Source of the DNA: Rhizodiscina lignyota
Lineage: Eukaryota
Assembly: GCA_010015805.1 (NCBI GenBank)
Contig: ML978121.1
Location: 3,100,001-3,164,000, forward strand
Direction of reading: 5' to 3'
Length of the DNA stretch: 64,000 nt
In this document: positions 35,089 to 49,091 of the stretch, in pieces
How the letters are laid out: every line of letters begins with the position of its first letter
Numbering within the stretch: the stretch's first letter is position 1
Notes under the pieces: model-generated
Seen by the model: the letters and a program-made list of their open reading frames with translations, nothing else
Databases searched by the model: none
Told to the model about the DNA's origin: nothing
Translations under genes and position numbers: made by a program

Positions 35089-36778
35089 TTAATGTTTCCA
35101 CTCCTTGAAACTCTTCTGCCTCTGCCGGGAATTCCAATTCAGCGTTCTCGAGATGCTGTCAATCCAGTCCTCATTCTTCCGCTCCAACGGCAGAACACTA
35201 GGGAATGGGTATCGCGATGCAGATATGGTTACATAGTCGCCCGGATTCAGCTCCACTCTGAACACACGATTAGCAACTTCCAGTAATACGTTGGAAACAA
35301 TATATGGGCTATTACCTTTCCCTTCCGTCAAAGCTGGCCCATGAGGTAGTTCTTGCATCATACGGGACGCCGATGCGCAGGACGACGGTGTCTGGGAGAA
35401 TGATGGGGCGGAATGAGAGAGTGTGCGCGCAAATTGCCGTCACGAGGATGACTGGATTATCTGGATGACATAGAGAGCCACCTGCAGCTAGATTGTAGGC
35501 AGTTGAGCCAGTCGGCGTGGCAATACAGATGCCATCGGCTTGCACCGTTGTGAAATGTTCATTGTCACCAAAGACTTCGAGAGTTGACATCGCTATGATG
35601 CATGAGTATGTGTGTTGGAATGACTTCTGGAATGACTTACTTGCGTTCGGGCCTCTATCAATGACCACTTCGTTCAAGATATTATGGGTTCCGTCGGGTC
35701 TGTGAGTCCGGTGATCTTCGCTCTCTTCGCCTATGAGCTCCTCAACCATATCTCTAGGCCGGCCGGAGTCGCGTGTCTGGGAGCGCATAACGGTGCCTTC
35801 AAAGCGTAACCGAAGACTGACCACGATGCCTTTAGAGAATGCCTTGGAAACTGTTTCGGGAAAGCCTTCGTAGTCGAACTTGGTCAGGAAACCAAGGGAG
35901 CCCATAGCGAAGGACAGCACCGGTGGTACAACGCGCTGAAAGAGCCAGCTGGCGTACAGAACCGTACCGTCGCCACCAAGCTTTGATTGTTAGCGATAGT
36001 CTTGGGAGGAGGTGTGGACTATAACAACATACCGAGAGAATGATGTCAAAGGTCTGGGGTCGTCTTTTGCAGAGCTCATTATCCCAATACCTCAACCGTT
36101 TCTGCGCAGATGGGTCCTTCTTGATGAGGTCTTTCGCATCAAAGAGAGCGTTGTTCTCCAAAGTATTCTCAACGAAGCTGTCCACATGTCAGTTCCTCCC
36201 AAATGTGGTATTGCGGAAGCGGGCCTTACATGATATAGCCGGGATCCTTCTTCAGTAGCCACTCAGTCAATTCTCGTGCGTTCTTGACCAGACTTTCATC
36301 GTGCGCCTTGACCAACACGAAGACGTTCCGCACGTTAACCTTGACTTGTATGTGTGCCAGCTTCTTCGAGAGTTCTCGGATTCCGTACGCCATCTCGGAG
36401 AGCTGCTTCTTGGTGAGCAGACGCGAATGCCTTGGCTGAGGACCTTCCTCTGCAGCTACAGGTGTGGCGGCGCCATTGGGGTCTCCCAACTTGTCCACTT
36501 TACGCTCTGCAATCTTGCCTTCTTGACTAGGTGTGTAGTTTCCAGCATTCTGTTGTTCCTCCAATAACGCGTGGACGTAGCATCGGGTACGCTTCGAGGG
36601 ATCTGGCAGTTCTGCTTCGGAGGGTACGAGAGAGGATTTACGGCGGCGGATTTCTTCAGGGCTGAATGTTACCTGGATTCGATTCAGTGACAGTTGGAGA
36701 TATTGTGGTTTCGTGTGCATACCTCGACAGCATGCTGCAGTTCGTTGTCGCTGCCGCTGCGATCGCTGAGTCGATCAT
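35089..36778 (-). CDS. ATP-NAD(H) kinase (Utr1/Yef1-like)
   Basis: [85 protein letters not shown]. Multiple introns; start approximate. Confidence 0.93.
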
Positions 36779-37291
36779 GGTCGTGCTCGGAGTGGATGTT
36801 AGTCTAGAGGCATCAGTCGCGATATCACTCGGCCTACCTCACCAGTCCTCGACCTTACAGATGATAACTGATCCATCGTAGGGTTCGTAATTCGCAGTGT
36901 TGTTCAATTAAGATTCGCGTTCGCCCGTCCTACGAGGGTACCGCGCACCGCGCCGAGTCTGGCGAATCGATGACGTCCGGGTACGTCAGGCCGAATTTTG
37001 TGGTTGAATGAACAAAATGCGAGATCTCAAAACCTAGATACTTACGGTATTTTAAGGCGTTTCAAGCTACAGAGAACAAAATATAGGCGTTTCGTACCAG
37101 GCTTACACAAAAGAGAGAGTTGGAAATGTCGCTGCTGCTTCAGCAGATGACAAAGACGGTCTATGAAAAATCGTAATCAAAATTGAAAGGCGTCAAACTT
37201 CATATTTGCACGTGAGATGCATCTAGTTCTTTTCAAGCTAATACTCTATTCGGCGCTCCATAGACGCTTGTGTACTGGAACCTAAGGTCCG

Positions 37292-38765
37292 CTACACAGG
37301 CACCTCAACCTCCTCGAGAACATCCTCGATGATATCATTGACTGTAATGCCTTCTAATGCATCGTGCATAGCTTCTGGAGAGCTTCCCCACTGCACACTC
37401 CTCTCATTCTCTGGCCGAGTGATGATGATTCGGTGTGGATATATCTTACGAGCCGCAAGCGCAACAAGGGAGGGTGACACATAGTCCACCCCATGCAACG
37501 GAGCGAGTGCACTTTTCGGATGTAAGTAGAAGCTATGTGGAATCGCTTTTCTAACGTACCGGGTGAGTAGATGAAAGTTACGAGTAGCATGTGCTGAGAC
37601 ACCTCCAGCTACTGCTCTGTGGAGCCGCATGAATAATGTAATATTATGCAAATACGTCCGGACTTCTGCGCTTAGTTTGACGCTCTCCATCGAGTGGATT
37701 AGTTCATCGATGTCCTGTACATATTCGTAAAAGTTAATTGATTATAATTAGCGCGGTGAGAAGAAGGCTGCCTCACCTCTTTTGTGAATAAAGACGTTCT
37801 GCTTGAAGCAGAGCTATATGACCTCGACAGCCCGGCCCTCATGGACGACGATGCTTTATCATCCTCTTGGAACATTGCACCAAGATCTTCAAGATTTGGA
37901 AACCCATCCTGTGCTGTATGGTAATGAGAGATGAAGAAGTGATCGTTCTGTACAAACATTAGCCTTTTTTTACGCTAACGACGCCTGATAGTTCTTACGA
38001 GGAGAGAGGTCAGATTTGAGGCGCCGCTCGCCGGGAGCAAAGCAATGAAAAGAAATCGTTTCGGAGCAGTGTGAATAGCAGTGCGGGTGAATATACGCCT
38101 TCCCCGAAGGAGCTTTGAAAAACATAAGCTTAAGCTGAACTTGAGGGAATCAATCAACTGCAGACCTCGAGTGCTTGAATTTGGACATGGTGCTGGGCTT
38201 GATCGAGATTCTTCGCAATAACTACTTCAGCAATATTGCGAGAATGTAACGGTGAAAATGCCCCTGGAGCCCGCGACGGTCTCTGCTTCGGGGTGCGGAT
38301 AATTGCTGAAAAAGAGCCGGGCTCCTGCATCAAGTCAGTAAGACGCCATTTCGGACAAATCTTAATTGGAAACGACGAAATCAATAGATTTATGACAAGA
38401 AGGAAGTAGCGTACAGGCACGTCGTCGCTCGCAATGTCTTTGGGAAAGTAGGATGAATATTCATGATCAAGCAAGATGCCGTCCGCAAAGTCGTCGAGAG
38501 TAGTTGACGCGGAGCATTCTAAAACGGTACATGATAGACCAAAGGTCTCCGAGCAACTCTGTAGTAGTATATTAGCATATCAAAGTGGTATCTAGTACCA
38601 GGTCTAGCCGCTTACGATCCGGAGTTCTTGTTCAAGGTCATTGAGAAGGTTGTCGTCAGTCGCAATAATGCAATGCTCATCGGCAACGAGGCATAGGAGT
38701 GCAGCAAGCTCGAGGTCGCTCAGGTCTTGGACCTTATCGAGGTTTTCTTCTTCCGCATCTTCCAT
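37292..38765 (-). CDS. Mtc2-like / magnesium-chelatase-like degenerate AAA protein
   Basis: KVQDLSDLELAALLCLVADEHCII, IAEVVIAKNLD...VQIQALE, DHFFISH, EVRTYLHNITLFMRLHRAV, ARKIYPHRI...ENERSVQWGS. Multi-exon. Confidence 0.75.
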
Positions 38766-39345
38766 GGATGAGTCTGGTCATGTTCGTGCTAGAGTTGGAA
38801 AGTGTGCAGTGGTCAAATACTTGTGTTGTGAGGAAACCGTCCCGATACGGCACGTTATTCGTAAAGGTGCCCCGTTGTGTCCTTTCTCAAGGAAGGTGGA
38901 GACACCGAGCCTTGAAATGCTACGAGATGAACGGGTCGTTGCCTTCAGCTTCTGGGCGCTCAGATTTTAACCTGATATTATAGAAAAATGGCAACATGCC
39001 AGCGTGAGCGCTTGCAATATTGAATGCGTCGACATGAACACGAAGGCGGCGTTTTACTTCGTTGGATCACACGAGAGCAAAGGAGATAGATCCTGGCAAG
39101 CAGACGATACCATGGGAACTTTTGGTTTATCGGTCCCAGAACCAAGATTCATATTTGATTTGCTATCCTGTCCCACTCAGCATTGTTGTGGGATGATCCT
39201 TCAACAACTCTGTCAATGCAAACAGCACTTGTTGGCGTGAAAAAGAGATGGAGGATTGCTGGGCCGGGCAGAATGCGCATGGGCCCCCTTCCGAAACCTA
39301 GACATGTATGCATTTTGCTCTGTCTGCTTGTCTGCTGTTGCTGTG

Positions 39346-40078
39346 CTATTGCTGTGCTGCTACGTGCTGTCCTACTGCTGTTGCTCCGTCAACCGCTTCT
39401 CCAGCAGATCTGGTGGCAGCTACAGTCTCTGCTGTTGCGCCCTGTTCCTGTGCTGCCGCAACCCTTCTGCTCAGCTGCTGCACCATTGCTTCCAGCTCTT
39501 GGACCTGTGTTTGCAGCTGCTCCTGCTGCTGGTTGACTAACCGCCCCTGCTGCTGGTTGACTAACTGCCGCTGCTGTTGCAGAGCTGTATGCTGTCGCTT
39601 GCGTGACTCTCGCCGACGGAGAGTCTATAAAGGAATTAGGAAATGAAGAAGAGAGCCAAGTAATCACTAACCCTACTACAGCCTTGCTTGCCACCCTGCT
39701 GCTGCTTGCCACCCTGCTGTTGCTTGCCGCCCTGCTGTTGCTTGCCACCCTGCTGTTGCTTGGCATCTTGATGGTCACGGTTGCGATACTGCTGCCGAAG
39801 CTGATTGTGCTGCTGCTGGTGGAAGTGGCTGCGGCGCTGCTCCAGCAGCGGAATACCGCTGTCGTCGTGGTAGTGGTAGTTCTATCTCAATTTGATTAGC
39901 TTAAAGATGTATGAATGGCGAAGGCATATATCATTATTGTAAAAATAGTGTGAATTGAAGTTGGAATGATGCATTAATTGCATCCACCATAGGTTAGAGG
40001 CATGTGCAGAGAGAGACATACGTTGATAACTGGAGGGTCTACCCGATCGGAGTTGCCTTCCTGCTTCTGCTGCAACAT
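39346..40078 (-). CDS. Predicted 3-exon Gln-rich orphan protein (181 aa) with (KQQQGG)4 and a basic/coiled-coil segment
   Basis: Exons 40078-40022, 39881-39672 and 39624-39346. Both introns have GT donors (GTATGT, GTTAGT), CTAAT branch sites and TAG acceptors, and both preserve frame. Confidence 0.55.
39684..39762. repeat. 18-bp tandem repeat, about 4 copies
   Basis: Unit cttgccaccctgctgYtg, encoding KQQQGG on the minus strand. Confidence 0.9.
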
Positions 40079-41320
40079 GTTGCTGCTGTTGGTGTTCGCT
40101 GTTCGCTGTTCGCTGGTGCTGCTGATGCTGTTGCGCAGAGAGAAGAAAGAGGAATGTGAAAGTAAAGGGAACTTGAAGCACCTCAGTCCTGCGGCATTAC
40201 TTATCTCTCACCTGATCTATCAAAAGAAGAAGGAACCATCGATCGATGCATATATGCTGTTAACTACCTTACCTATGTACATCGAACCGACCGAATTTGA
40301 AAGTAGGAGCAGACTTAATATGAGATCAGACTATTGCATCTATTTATTAGGAACTACGAGACTTCATAATGCCTGAAAGCTTGAAAAAACCATGATAAAA
40401 ATCGGCACTGCGTGCCCGATACGGAAAGTAGCTTGATCGAGATTCGGTGCAACAGAAAGGGCACCTGGTCAATCCACAGCCACTCATCAACCCAAAAACT
40501 CTCGCGCACAGAAGGATAAGCAGTCTGGAGAACTGCTAGTCAATCGTACAATCAACTTAATGGGTAGGAAGTCTCGAAATCATACCTCAGAATACTAACC
40601 AAACCGATTCATCAGGTCCGAACTCTAAGCCAAACCAGCAATATGACCGACACATCTCTTGCTCCGCGCCCAAGTCTAGCCACTCAGTCTCTTCTGAAAT
40701 CGCATGGGCGCACTGGCATTGCATACCTGTTCCGCTATCGTGGGGGGCGGATTGGCATATCTCCTGCATCTATGTAAACGGACAATTGCGCAAAGGGTCA
40801 AGCAAAAGGAAGATCTGTTCATCCTTGGCAAACTACGAAGGAATGTCTCGATCAGAAAGGCAGCGCTGGTGTCTGCCCCTGTGGACAAAATTCGCAAGGC
40901 CAGGTTGCTGTTCCGACCATTCTCATCGTAATGCTCACGGGCCTAGATGGAACATGAAGCATTTGCGTCAGTGCTGTGTATTTACTTCGAAAGTAGTATT
41001 GTCTCCGCTCGTGTATGATACTTCGTACATTGGAGAACCCCATATCTCTCTCCATTTGCCTTCTTGGCATCCTCTAGCCAACCGATCGTTATTCATCGGG
41101 CCTCCTTGCCCACCATATCAACATTCTCGGCCATAAGGAGGGTCATGAGTTGGTCATTAAATGCGTCCAGCTCCTGATGTCATAGAAGCAACATATGTGC
41201 CCGCAAGTATGTAAAAGCAATAATCCGTCGCTGTGCTAGAAGGGGAAAGTCAGGGATATCAGGATTGACAAGAATTGGAGAAGAAAGAGCGCGAAAACGC
41301 AACAGTACAAGACACTGGTA

Positions 41321-42863
41321 TCATATTAGTACCGCCGCCCCGAGCATTCCCGCTCCAACTGCAGCCCAAAGGTCCCTGCCAACGCCCCGATGAGCTGCAA
41401 CGCCGCTCTGTAGACTTGGATTCTTTGAGTTGGTCGGACTGCCAGTGACTCCGGCCTCACCAGTCGGCGTTGCGAGCGTCGTTGGGGCGCTGACGAACGA
41501 GGTACGGGTCTGACGCTGGCCGTTGGGTAAAACAGTGGTCTCGAGCACGAGACTGCTGATCCTGCCGCCGCCAGGTGTGTATGTGGTGACGAATGTGGAT
41601 CCCCTGTTCAATCATGTTAGCAAGTATAGGAATCAGATGATAAACAAATACCCACCTTGCGTCGGTAGTTGTTATTTTTTCTCCAGATGTCACGTCTGAG
41701 AGTACAACTGTGGCACCCGCACTATCGGTAGTCGTGATGTCTACTCCGGATTTCGGGTTTGGCTGGAACGTAGGCACGGGAGAAGTCGTCGCAACCGTCT
41801 GTCCCTGCGCATTAGTCGTGCTTACGACAACTGCTGGGACGCGTGACGAAGTCGTTACGGTGTGGCCTGCACTGTCGGTTGTCGTGACGGGTACGTCCAC
41901 AGATACAGACGCAGATGCTATCACGGCACTCGTCGTAGCTACATGGACGCTTCCAGATGAGTCGGTGGAACTGGACACAATCGGGATGACCACCGGCGTG
42001 TTTGGAGTTGCAGAGGAGCTGGGAGCAGCACTGGGCGAATTGCTAGGTGATGGACTGTTGGAAGCGGGCGGAGAAGCTGCAGAGCCAGTGTTAGAAGACT
42101 GTTCAGAGGACGGAGCTGCGCCTGATCCGGAAGATGCAGCTGACGACGGTGGTGGTGTAGACGTTGGAGTGGACGTTGGAGTAGACGCTGGGGCTGCTGA
42201 AACGCATTGGCACAAAAATCGACGAAGAAAAAAGAAAGAAAACATACTTGAGCTACCCCCATTGTCTGCCGACGTGGTCGCCCCTCCGCTTCCACCAGTA
42301 TCACTCGTTGATCCTCCTCCAGATTCTCCTGAACTCGATCCACCACTGTTGCTCGTGGTGCCACCTCCATTGTCTGATGTAGAGGGCGGCGGCGTGCTCG
42401 AACCCTGCGACGTGCTTGTTTCGGTGGTGGTTGTCACGCCGCCGCCAGGGTTACTTGTTGTCGTTGTTTGCGTCGTCGTCGAGCCCCCACTGCCACTGTC
42501 ATCAGAAGTGGTGCCGTTGCTGGCCTGCCTCTTTGCTAGTTCTTGAGCCGCTACCACTCTTCTCTTGGCGAATTCGAGCTTGGCAGCCTCGAGGAGCTTG
42601 CTTGCCAGTGATGGATTCTCATTATGTACCTGAGCTACAGCACTGTGTTCGGTTTCGTACACGCCATCCTGGAACTTGGGGTGCAAATGCGTATGCAGTG
42701 CCGCGTGGAGAGATTCGGCAGGTAGCGCGTTAAGTGCCTCTTCGAACGGTTGCTGCACGTTCTCCGCAGATACAAGACTCTCCGACGGCTCTGGCTGGAC
42801 TTGAGCCACAGAGTAGTGGTACAATGGGAGGGTGAGGAGTAGTAGTGATCGAATGGATAGCAT
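41321..42863 (-). CDS. Secreted Ser/Thr-rich, probably GPI-anchored cell-wall protein
   Basis: Signal peptide, SLHAALH...FQDGVYE domain, KR sites, TTDSxG repeats, C-terminal PSLQSG...hydrophobic tail. Introns near 42199-42248 and 41603-41656. Confidence 0.85.
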
Positions 42864-44411
42864 ATTGGCCGTCGGCCCTCCAATGGGAGGTAGAGGATGG
42901 TAGCGCGGGAAGGCTAAGGTGAGGCTTAAAAGCGTGCGGGATGAGCGATGGACGGTAACGAGCGAATTGCTTTCGATGCTATCTTGACAACATGGTTAGA
43001 CGGTGGTTAGGTGCAGGAGGCAGGCGGGCGAGAAGAAGAATCAAGCGGAGTGGAGAGAGATGAAAAGGTGTGTCTGACCTTGCGGCTCGATGCAGTTTCG
43101 CTTTTGGGCGTGGCTGGTCGCACGCCTGGTCCTCAACGCGCGCCCAGACTCGCCGAGACGTTTAAGCTTGCCCACAGCACGCAGCAATCACCACGATACC
43201 CCGGCGAGGCCTCGGCTTTCACGTAATTCTGAGAAGAGGCAGCTGAAAACAGGGAAACGAGAGCACAAAGAACGTGGAAGAGCAATTGCAATATCTTCAG
43301 CGAAGTCGACGGCAGCGAGCGAGAAAAGTCACGAGTGCGGAGACTCGAGCGCCACTCGTATTTCAATTGTTATCGTCCTCACACCACCCGTCATATGTAC
43401 AAGGCTACACCAGCGAGCTCCGTCGTCTGCTACCGATTCGTACAGTGCCCCGCTATTTCGCTGCTCTATTGTTTGAGATTCCCGATAGCTCTAGCAGCAG
43501 GCACTGTGGCAATTCTCTTGCGTGTACTCGTCTTGAGCCTCACCAATGGCGGGCACCTTTACATCCAACTCCGAACTCTATCCTTGTGCATATCTCTTCT
43601 TTCTTTCGCGTCTCGCAGAACTGCCAAATTCATGATCTCCATAATCAAAGAAACATGGCAAAGCCCTTGTTTGCTTGACTCGTCGCAGCTCTTTCCCCTG
43701 CTGGCCTCTCCACTGTTTCAAGAAGCACTGCCAAATGTCAAGGAAGAGCCTCCTTCATTGAATCATTACGAACAAAATGACGTCGAGGCGGTTCCACTCA
43801 TCGATCGATACGTCCTGCGCAACAGCCATCTGTCGCACATAGCGGGTTGTCCGAATGCCAACTTGTCCATCACAATTCTTCTGAAGATTCTCGACATCTT
43901 TGCAAGAGAGGACCGTTCGAGAAGTCCACTAGAATAATGGATTTGCCATGCGGAAAAGCTGCAGCTGCAAGTCAACCTTCTAACCAGCTGAGGACTAAAG
44001 GAGGGCCCGCATGCAGCGATCGTCACAGCGCAGCACGTTGCGACACTGAAAATAGGATGGCGGGTGCAGGGCTGTCATGTCTAAGCCTTTCGCCTCTTCG
44101 GCGCTGGACCCGGCTTAAACGGATGGCCACCAGCGTTTTGCCACCAGAAACAATGGTGCATTGTCGGTTAGCTGCCGATCGAATGGCATCAACGTTCGAG
44201 CCGCATGTAGCTCATCCACTCCATCGAGGTGCTGCGTTGGACGGCAAACCATGTTTGACCTTGAACTCTTCGCTATTGCTGAGATTGATAGGTATCTAAT
44301 TATGAATAAGAGCAGCGATTGCCCAGAGCCATCTCACCGCAGAGCTGGTATCACGTTCTATCCAAACAATAACGCCCGCCTCGTCAAGTCGTGGTCATAC
44401 AGATTTGAAAA

Positions 44412-47355
44412 CTAGAACAAACTCCATCTGCCTCGCCCTTTCTCGCCCGAGGACGTCTGAGTTGATCTTGAAGTATATCTCTTCTCACGGGCTTCAAGCT
44501 GCCTCAAAGCCTCAATCTCCTGAAGGACGTGCTCAAGCAAGTCTTTGCGACGAACGACGTCCAAGTGGCGACGAATCTTAGGGTCCTCCCTTGCGAAGCG
44601 ATCGATCTCCGCTTGTGATAATCCTCGTCCTAATCGTGCATCGAGCTCTCGAGGAAACTACAGATGTCAATGGGATTGCAAATCAGGAATGTCGGAGTGA
44701 CTTACGCTGTAATAGAATTTAGAAAGGAGTTCCGCGTCCAGAAAGAGGTCCGCTGTCGTGGTCAACTTGTCGGCTACGGCATCTAGGAATATTTCTGGGC
44801 AGTAGTATTTGTTTACTTTCGATGCACACTGCTTCGATTTGACAGCTAGTAGACGCATCTTGATGGTGTCGGCTCTGTCACGAAGAAAGACGGCATCACG
44901 ACCTATTGCAGCCGATTAGTGTACGCAAAGTAACGCTGATCAAGTGAATAGCTTACCCCTTCTTAATAGTGCCGCGCTAAAGCCACCAGCTCCTCCAACG
45001 CCATCACCTTCCAAGACAACCTGGCCACTTCTCACTCGGTCGATGAAGCTCATGACTTCTCTTAACCGTTTCCGCCCACCAACTTCTGCCTCTACCTGCT
45101 TAACAGCCGTTTCACAGTCATGCAGTTCCTCTTTCAGCACTGATGTGATGTTCTCCCTTCCTCGTGCCCACTCTGAGTCTTCAAGCTCAATGCGGTATTT
45201 ATAAGGCTTAATGCAAATCTCCAGCTCGTCGCTGATATCATACGACAGGTCGCGGAGTATCGAGGACGATGCTTCCGTGATCGCGGTTCGCGCAAATGGA
45301 TGTGCTGAGAAGGTCGAGCTTACAATAAGGTGGTCGATGTGTGCTTGTAAAGCATTCGCCACTACTGTCGTGGCAAGACGACCGATACCTAGTTTCGTGA
45401 GAGAAGCAGTGGAGGCGTCGAGCTTCAAGTGCCACAGCTGATTATCTGGATCTGCCTTCGGAAGTTCGCTCAAAGCGTCCACTTCTAGTTCAGCGATTGT
45501 CAAATCCTCAACAGGTTTGTTCCAGTAGCGCTGAGCAAGGAGATTCAGCACCTGCTGGTCAAGCTCATGCTTGATGAGTTCTCGCACTTGAGAGCGGCCA
45601 AAGCTATCCGAGAATTCTCTGAACGAGTGCTTGAATGCATCCAGACTTTCTGCCAAGTATGTTTCAGCAGAGAGCGATCGATCGTTGTATTGCACTTTAA
45701 ATTCGTATGTGGCCTCTGCAAGCTCTTGGTGAATAGCTTCCGATGTCGTCTTCAAGCTTGCTGCCATAGTCTGCTCGAGAACATGCATCAATTTCTTCCG
45801 TAGGTTTTTAGTGCCGACCTCGATTTCGGATTGCGAACCAAATTCCAGAGGATGGGATGAGAAGTATGCGTCCTCATTCTTCATCACAGCGTTGCTGATG
45901 TTTCCACTGCCGCGCGAGAAGAGACTTCCAGTAGATGATGGTAGCTTGGACACCACGCCAACATAACCAAGTCGCAATCCATACTTCTTATCATTCAGCA
46001 TGCTGGCTCCTCGCTCTGCTTCAACCAGGTCCATCTTTGTAATCACTCCAATTGTCCGCTCTCCGCGAGGGTCTACTTTGCGACTCGCGCGAAGGGCTGT
46101 GGAGTTTGCCAAGTCTACGTCCGCCGCGGAAATAGCAAGGATGATATTTGGCGGCTGAATGTACTTCTCACAGAGTTCCGTAATCTTCTCTTTCAACTCT
46201 GGAGGTTGATCAGCATTTGTGACCTGAATGTATCCTGGCAGGTCGATGAGAGACAGGTCTGGAACATTGGGCGAATAGATCCTGAGTTGAATTGGGTCAT
46301 CCGACACGCAATCCTGAGCTGGAACAGCAAGATTGAGGTCCGTAAGAGTCCTCTGGACCTGCGAGAAGTCCGTAATCTTTCCTAATCCGAGCGCTGGAAA
46401 CTCTCCATATTCGGAATGTGCATCCGGAGTATTTACTAGAGTGAGCTCGATCGGACGTCGCGTGACCATGTTTGAGCCTTTCGGAAGGAATTCGTGGCCG
46501 ACAATTGCTTCAAGTACAGAGCTCTTCCCGGACGATTGAGAGCCGATGACGACTATGGATGGTAGCGTTAGTTGCTCCGATTGTCCCACAGTCTGCAATA
46601 GGCTCCGGATTTGGATCATCTTCTTCGTCAACATCATCATCTGGTCGTCTCGTGCGATCTTCTCTTCCGACCGGCTGTCTTCATCGCCATCTGAGCTGCC
46701 GAATGCCGCCGCAGAGGCACTACCTGCCACAGCTGCACCAGCTCCCATACCGCTCTGTTTTGGGTCTTTAGGGCCAGATCCTCCGTACTCGCCACCACTC
46801 GATTCGCCTTCACCAGAAAATATGTTTGCCATCCATTCCGGCATCTTGACATCCTCTTTTGTCTTCTGCCATCCTCGCCTTGTCTGTTCCCATACGCCAT
46901 TTGCGCCATCGTACATATCTCCTGCTGTGGTAGATGCACGGTCCCTTGTACGGTTGAAGATGTCCATCGCGAAAGTCCCGGCCTCTATGATGCATATTAG
47001 CTCATGAACCACACAACATATACCAGATATCCATACGAGATGCTTGATTCTGTACGTATGCCAATCCCGCAATTGTAGCGCCTCCAGCTGCAGTCCCTAC
47101 CATAGCGAATTTGGTGAAGAGCTTCGGGAAGATACGAAAAGCTCCCCGGAGAAAGGATATCGATCTCACGGCTGGCACATTGTGCACAAAATATGCGCCG
47201 AGAGGCCATTTCCGCGTCTTAAGGAAACGCTGTCCGCCATCCGTTCTCAGAAGGCCTCCGGTACTCCAATGATGCGCGAGTCTCTGAGGGGTGTATATTG
47301 CTGCAAAACGGTGGGCGGCCGGCGCCACTCGAGCCGCGAAGAGTCTCCCGCTCAT
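44412..47355 (-). CDS. MGM1: Mitochondrial dynamin-like GTPase Mgm1/Msp1 (OPA1 counterpart)
   Basis: Presequence-like N-terminus, LPSIVVIGSQSSGKSSVLEAIVGHEFLPKGSNMVTRRPIEL, DLPG, TKMD, EDPKIRRHLDV. About 3 introns. Confidence 0.97.
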
Positions 47356-47861
47356 GGTCAAGTTTCTCTTCAATCCGGCTTCAGTGGCATGGTATGGTGG
47401 TTGGTGGTGCGCGTTTTAATAGTGGTGCCTTGTTGGAGTTCGGCATCCGCGCGTTGATGTCAGTCAATGCCTTCATGCAGGTGCAGGGCTCCTACGGTTG
47501 GCGATATTTAATATCTGGACATAACTACTGTGACTCTTCTTCCGGAGAACAAATCATAAGAGGATACGATAGCTTTCAACATCATTGGCGTTCTGGCGAA
47601 AACACGTGTTTATCTTCTATTGTCGTGGATAATTCCTCATCCTCTCATCACTGCAGAAAAGTATATGTAGTACGGTATCGTATCAGAAATTGCGTCATTT
47701 TGCTCTGACGCAAAAGCGCTGTGCTACCATTCCCTTTACCGCCCAGTCATTGCTGTTACCGCTTTCTCTTCAAATTCAAGAAAGGATATCCAATCTCCTT
47801 GCAAGATTACAACTGTTCGATCCGCTCACTGGACAATTCCTTTCCCAAATTTCATGCAACT

Positions 47862-49091
47862 ATGTGTCGATTCTTAGTGAGCACGTGCCCTCCATTAGCA
47901 GACAGTAATAGTCTAATATAATTCAGGTCTACAAAGGCAAGGATGAGATTCTGCTCTCGAAGCTGATTCTCGAACCGGCGCACAGTATCCTCCATCAATC
48001 TTTCGACTCCCGGCTACGCATCGTACATCTCTCCTTCTGCCTCTGCTTCGACCATTCTCTAACAGTAACAGGATCACCGCCGCCCTCACAACGGCGATGG
48101 CTTCGGAATCGGCTACTACACCTCCCCAGCCCTCGGCCCAGATCCATGCATCTTCACCTCCACCATCCCGGCGTGGAACTGCGTGAACCTCGCCCGCCTC
48201 GCCGCGAAGACGACCTCCTCGCTCATCTTCGCCCACGTGCGCGCCACTACGGAGGGCAATCTCAGCGACCAGAACTGCCACCCCTTCCGGCACCGCTCGC
48301 TCATGTGGATGCACAACGGCGGCATCGGCTGCTGGCGGCTGGTCAAGCGGCGCCTGGCCGCGTCGCTGCGCGACGAGTGGTTCGTCAACGTGCAGGGCAG
48401 CACGGATAGCGAGTGGGCGTTCGCCGTCTTCCTCGACTGTCTGGACAGGATGGGCTACTCGCCGAACAGCGAGGAGTACAGCACGGACGGGTTCGGGCAT
48501 GCGGTGCTGCGGAAGGCGTTGTTGCAGACGATTGAGCGGATCAACGGGTTGATACGGGAGGTGGTGCAGGAGCAGGGGATGAACGGCGAGGATACGCGGA
48601 GTTTGCTGAATTTCGCGGTCACGGATGGGCATAGTGTTGTTTGCACGAGGTATGTGAGCAGTCGGACGGATGAGCCGGCGAGCTTGTTCTTCTCGTCGGG
48701 GACGAGCTGGCGGCAGCAGAAGAATAGCACGAAGGATGATGAGGGGAAGGTGGACTACAAGATGGAGCGCAGAGACAAAGGAGCGGATATCGTGCTCGTT
48801 GCAAGCGAGCCACTGACTTTCGAGCGTGGTACGTTGTGAAGTTGAGTGGCCCATGCCATTTCTTCAAGCTGATGGTGAACAGACAACTGGGTAACCGTGC
48901 CCGTAAACTCAATCCTGACCATCCACAAGCAGACGGTCATGATCCATCCCATCATCGACGAGTTTTGGAGCCCTGACCCATCGCACGGGCGGTCAACGGA
49001 GTATGCAAAGGCCAAGGGGCAAACGATCCCGACAAGCCGCAATACTGATGTCGCTACGGAGACTAGAGCGGTAGTGGAAAGCGTTGCTTAG
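47862..49091 (+). CDS. DUG3: Class II glutamine amidotransferase Dug3 (glutathione degradation)
   Basis: MCRFL|VYKG, HNGDGFG, PAWNCVNL, FAHVRA, NCHPF, MHNGG, GSTDSE, SLLNFAVTDG, VASEPLTFE. Confidence 0.95.

Noticed and set aside
39183..39899. Cys/Leu-rich plus-strand ORFs resembling metallothionein or membrane peptides
   Set aside because: They are translations of CTG-rich repeats; splice signals support the minus-strand Gln-rich reading instead.
41710..42546. 278-aa plus-strand ORF
   Set aside because: Antisense to the low-complexity cell-wall protein.
47913..48854. 313-aa minus-strand ORF
   Set aside because: Antisense shadow of the GC3-rich DUG3 exon.
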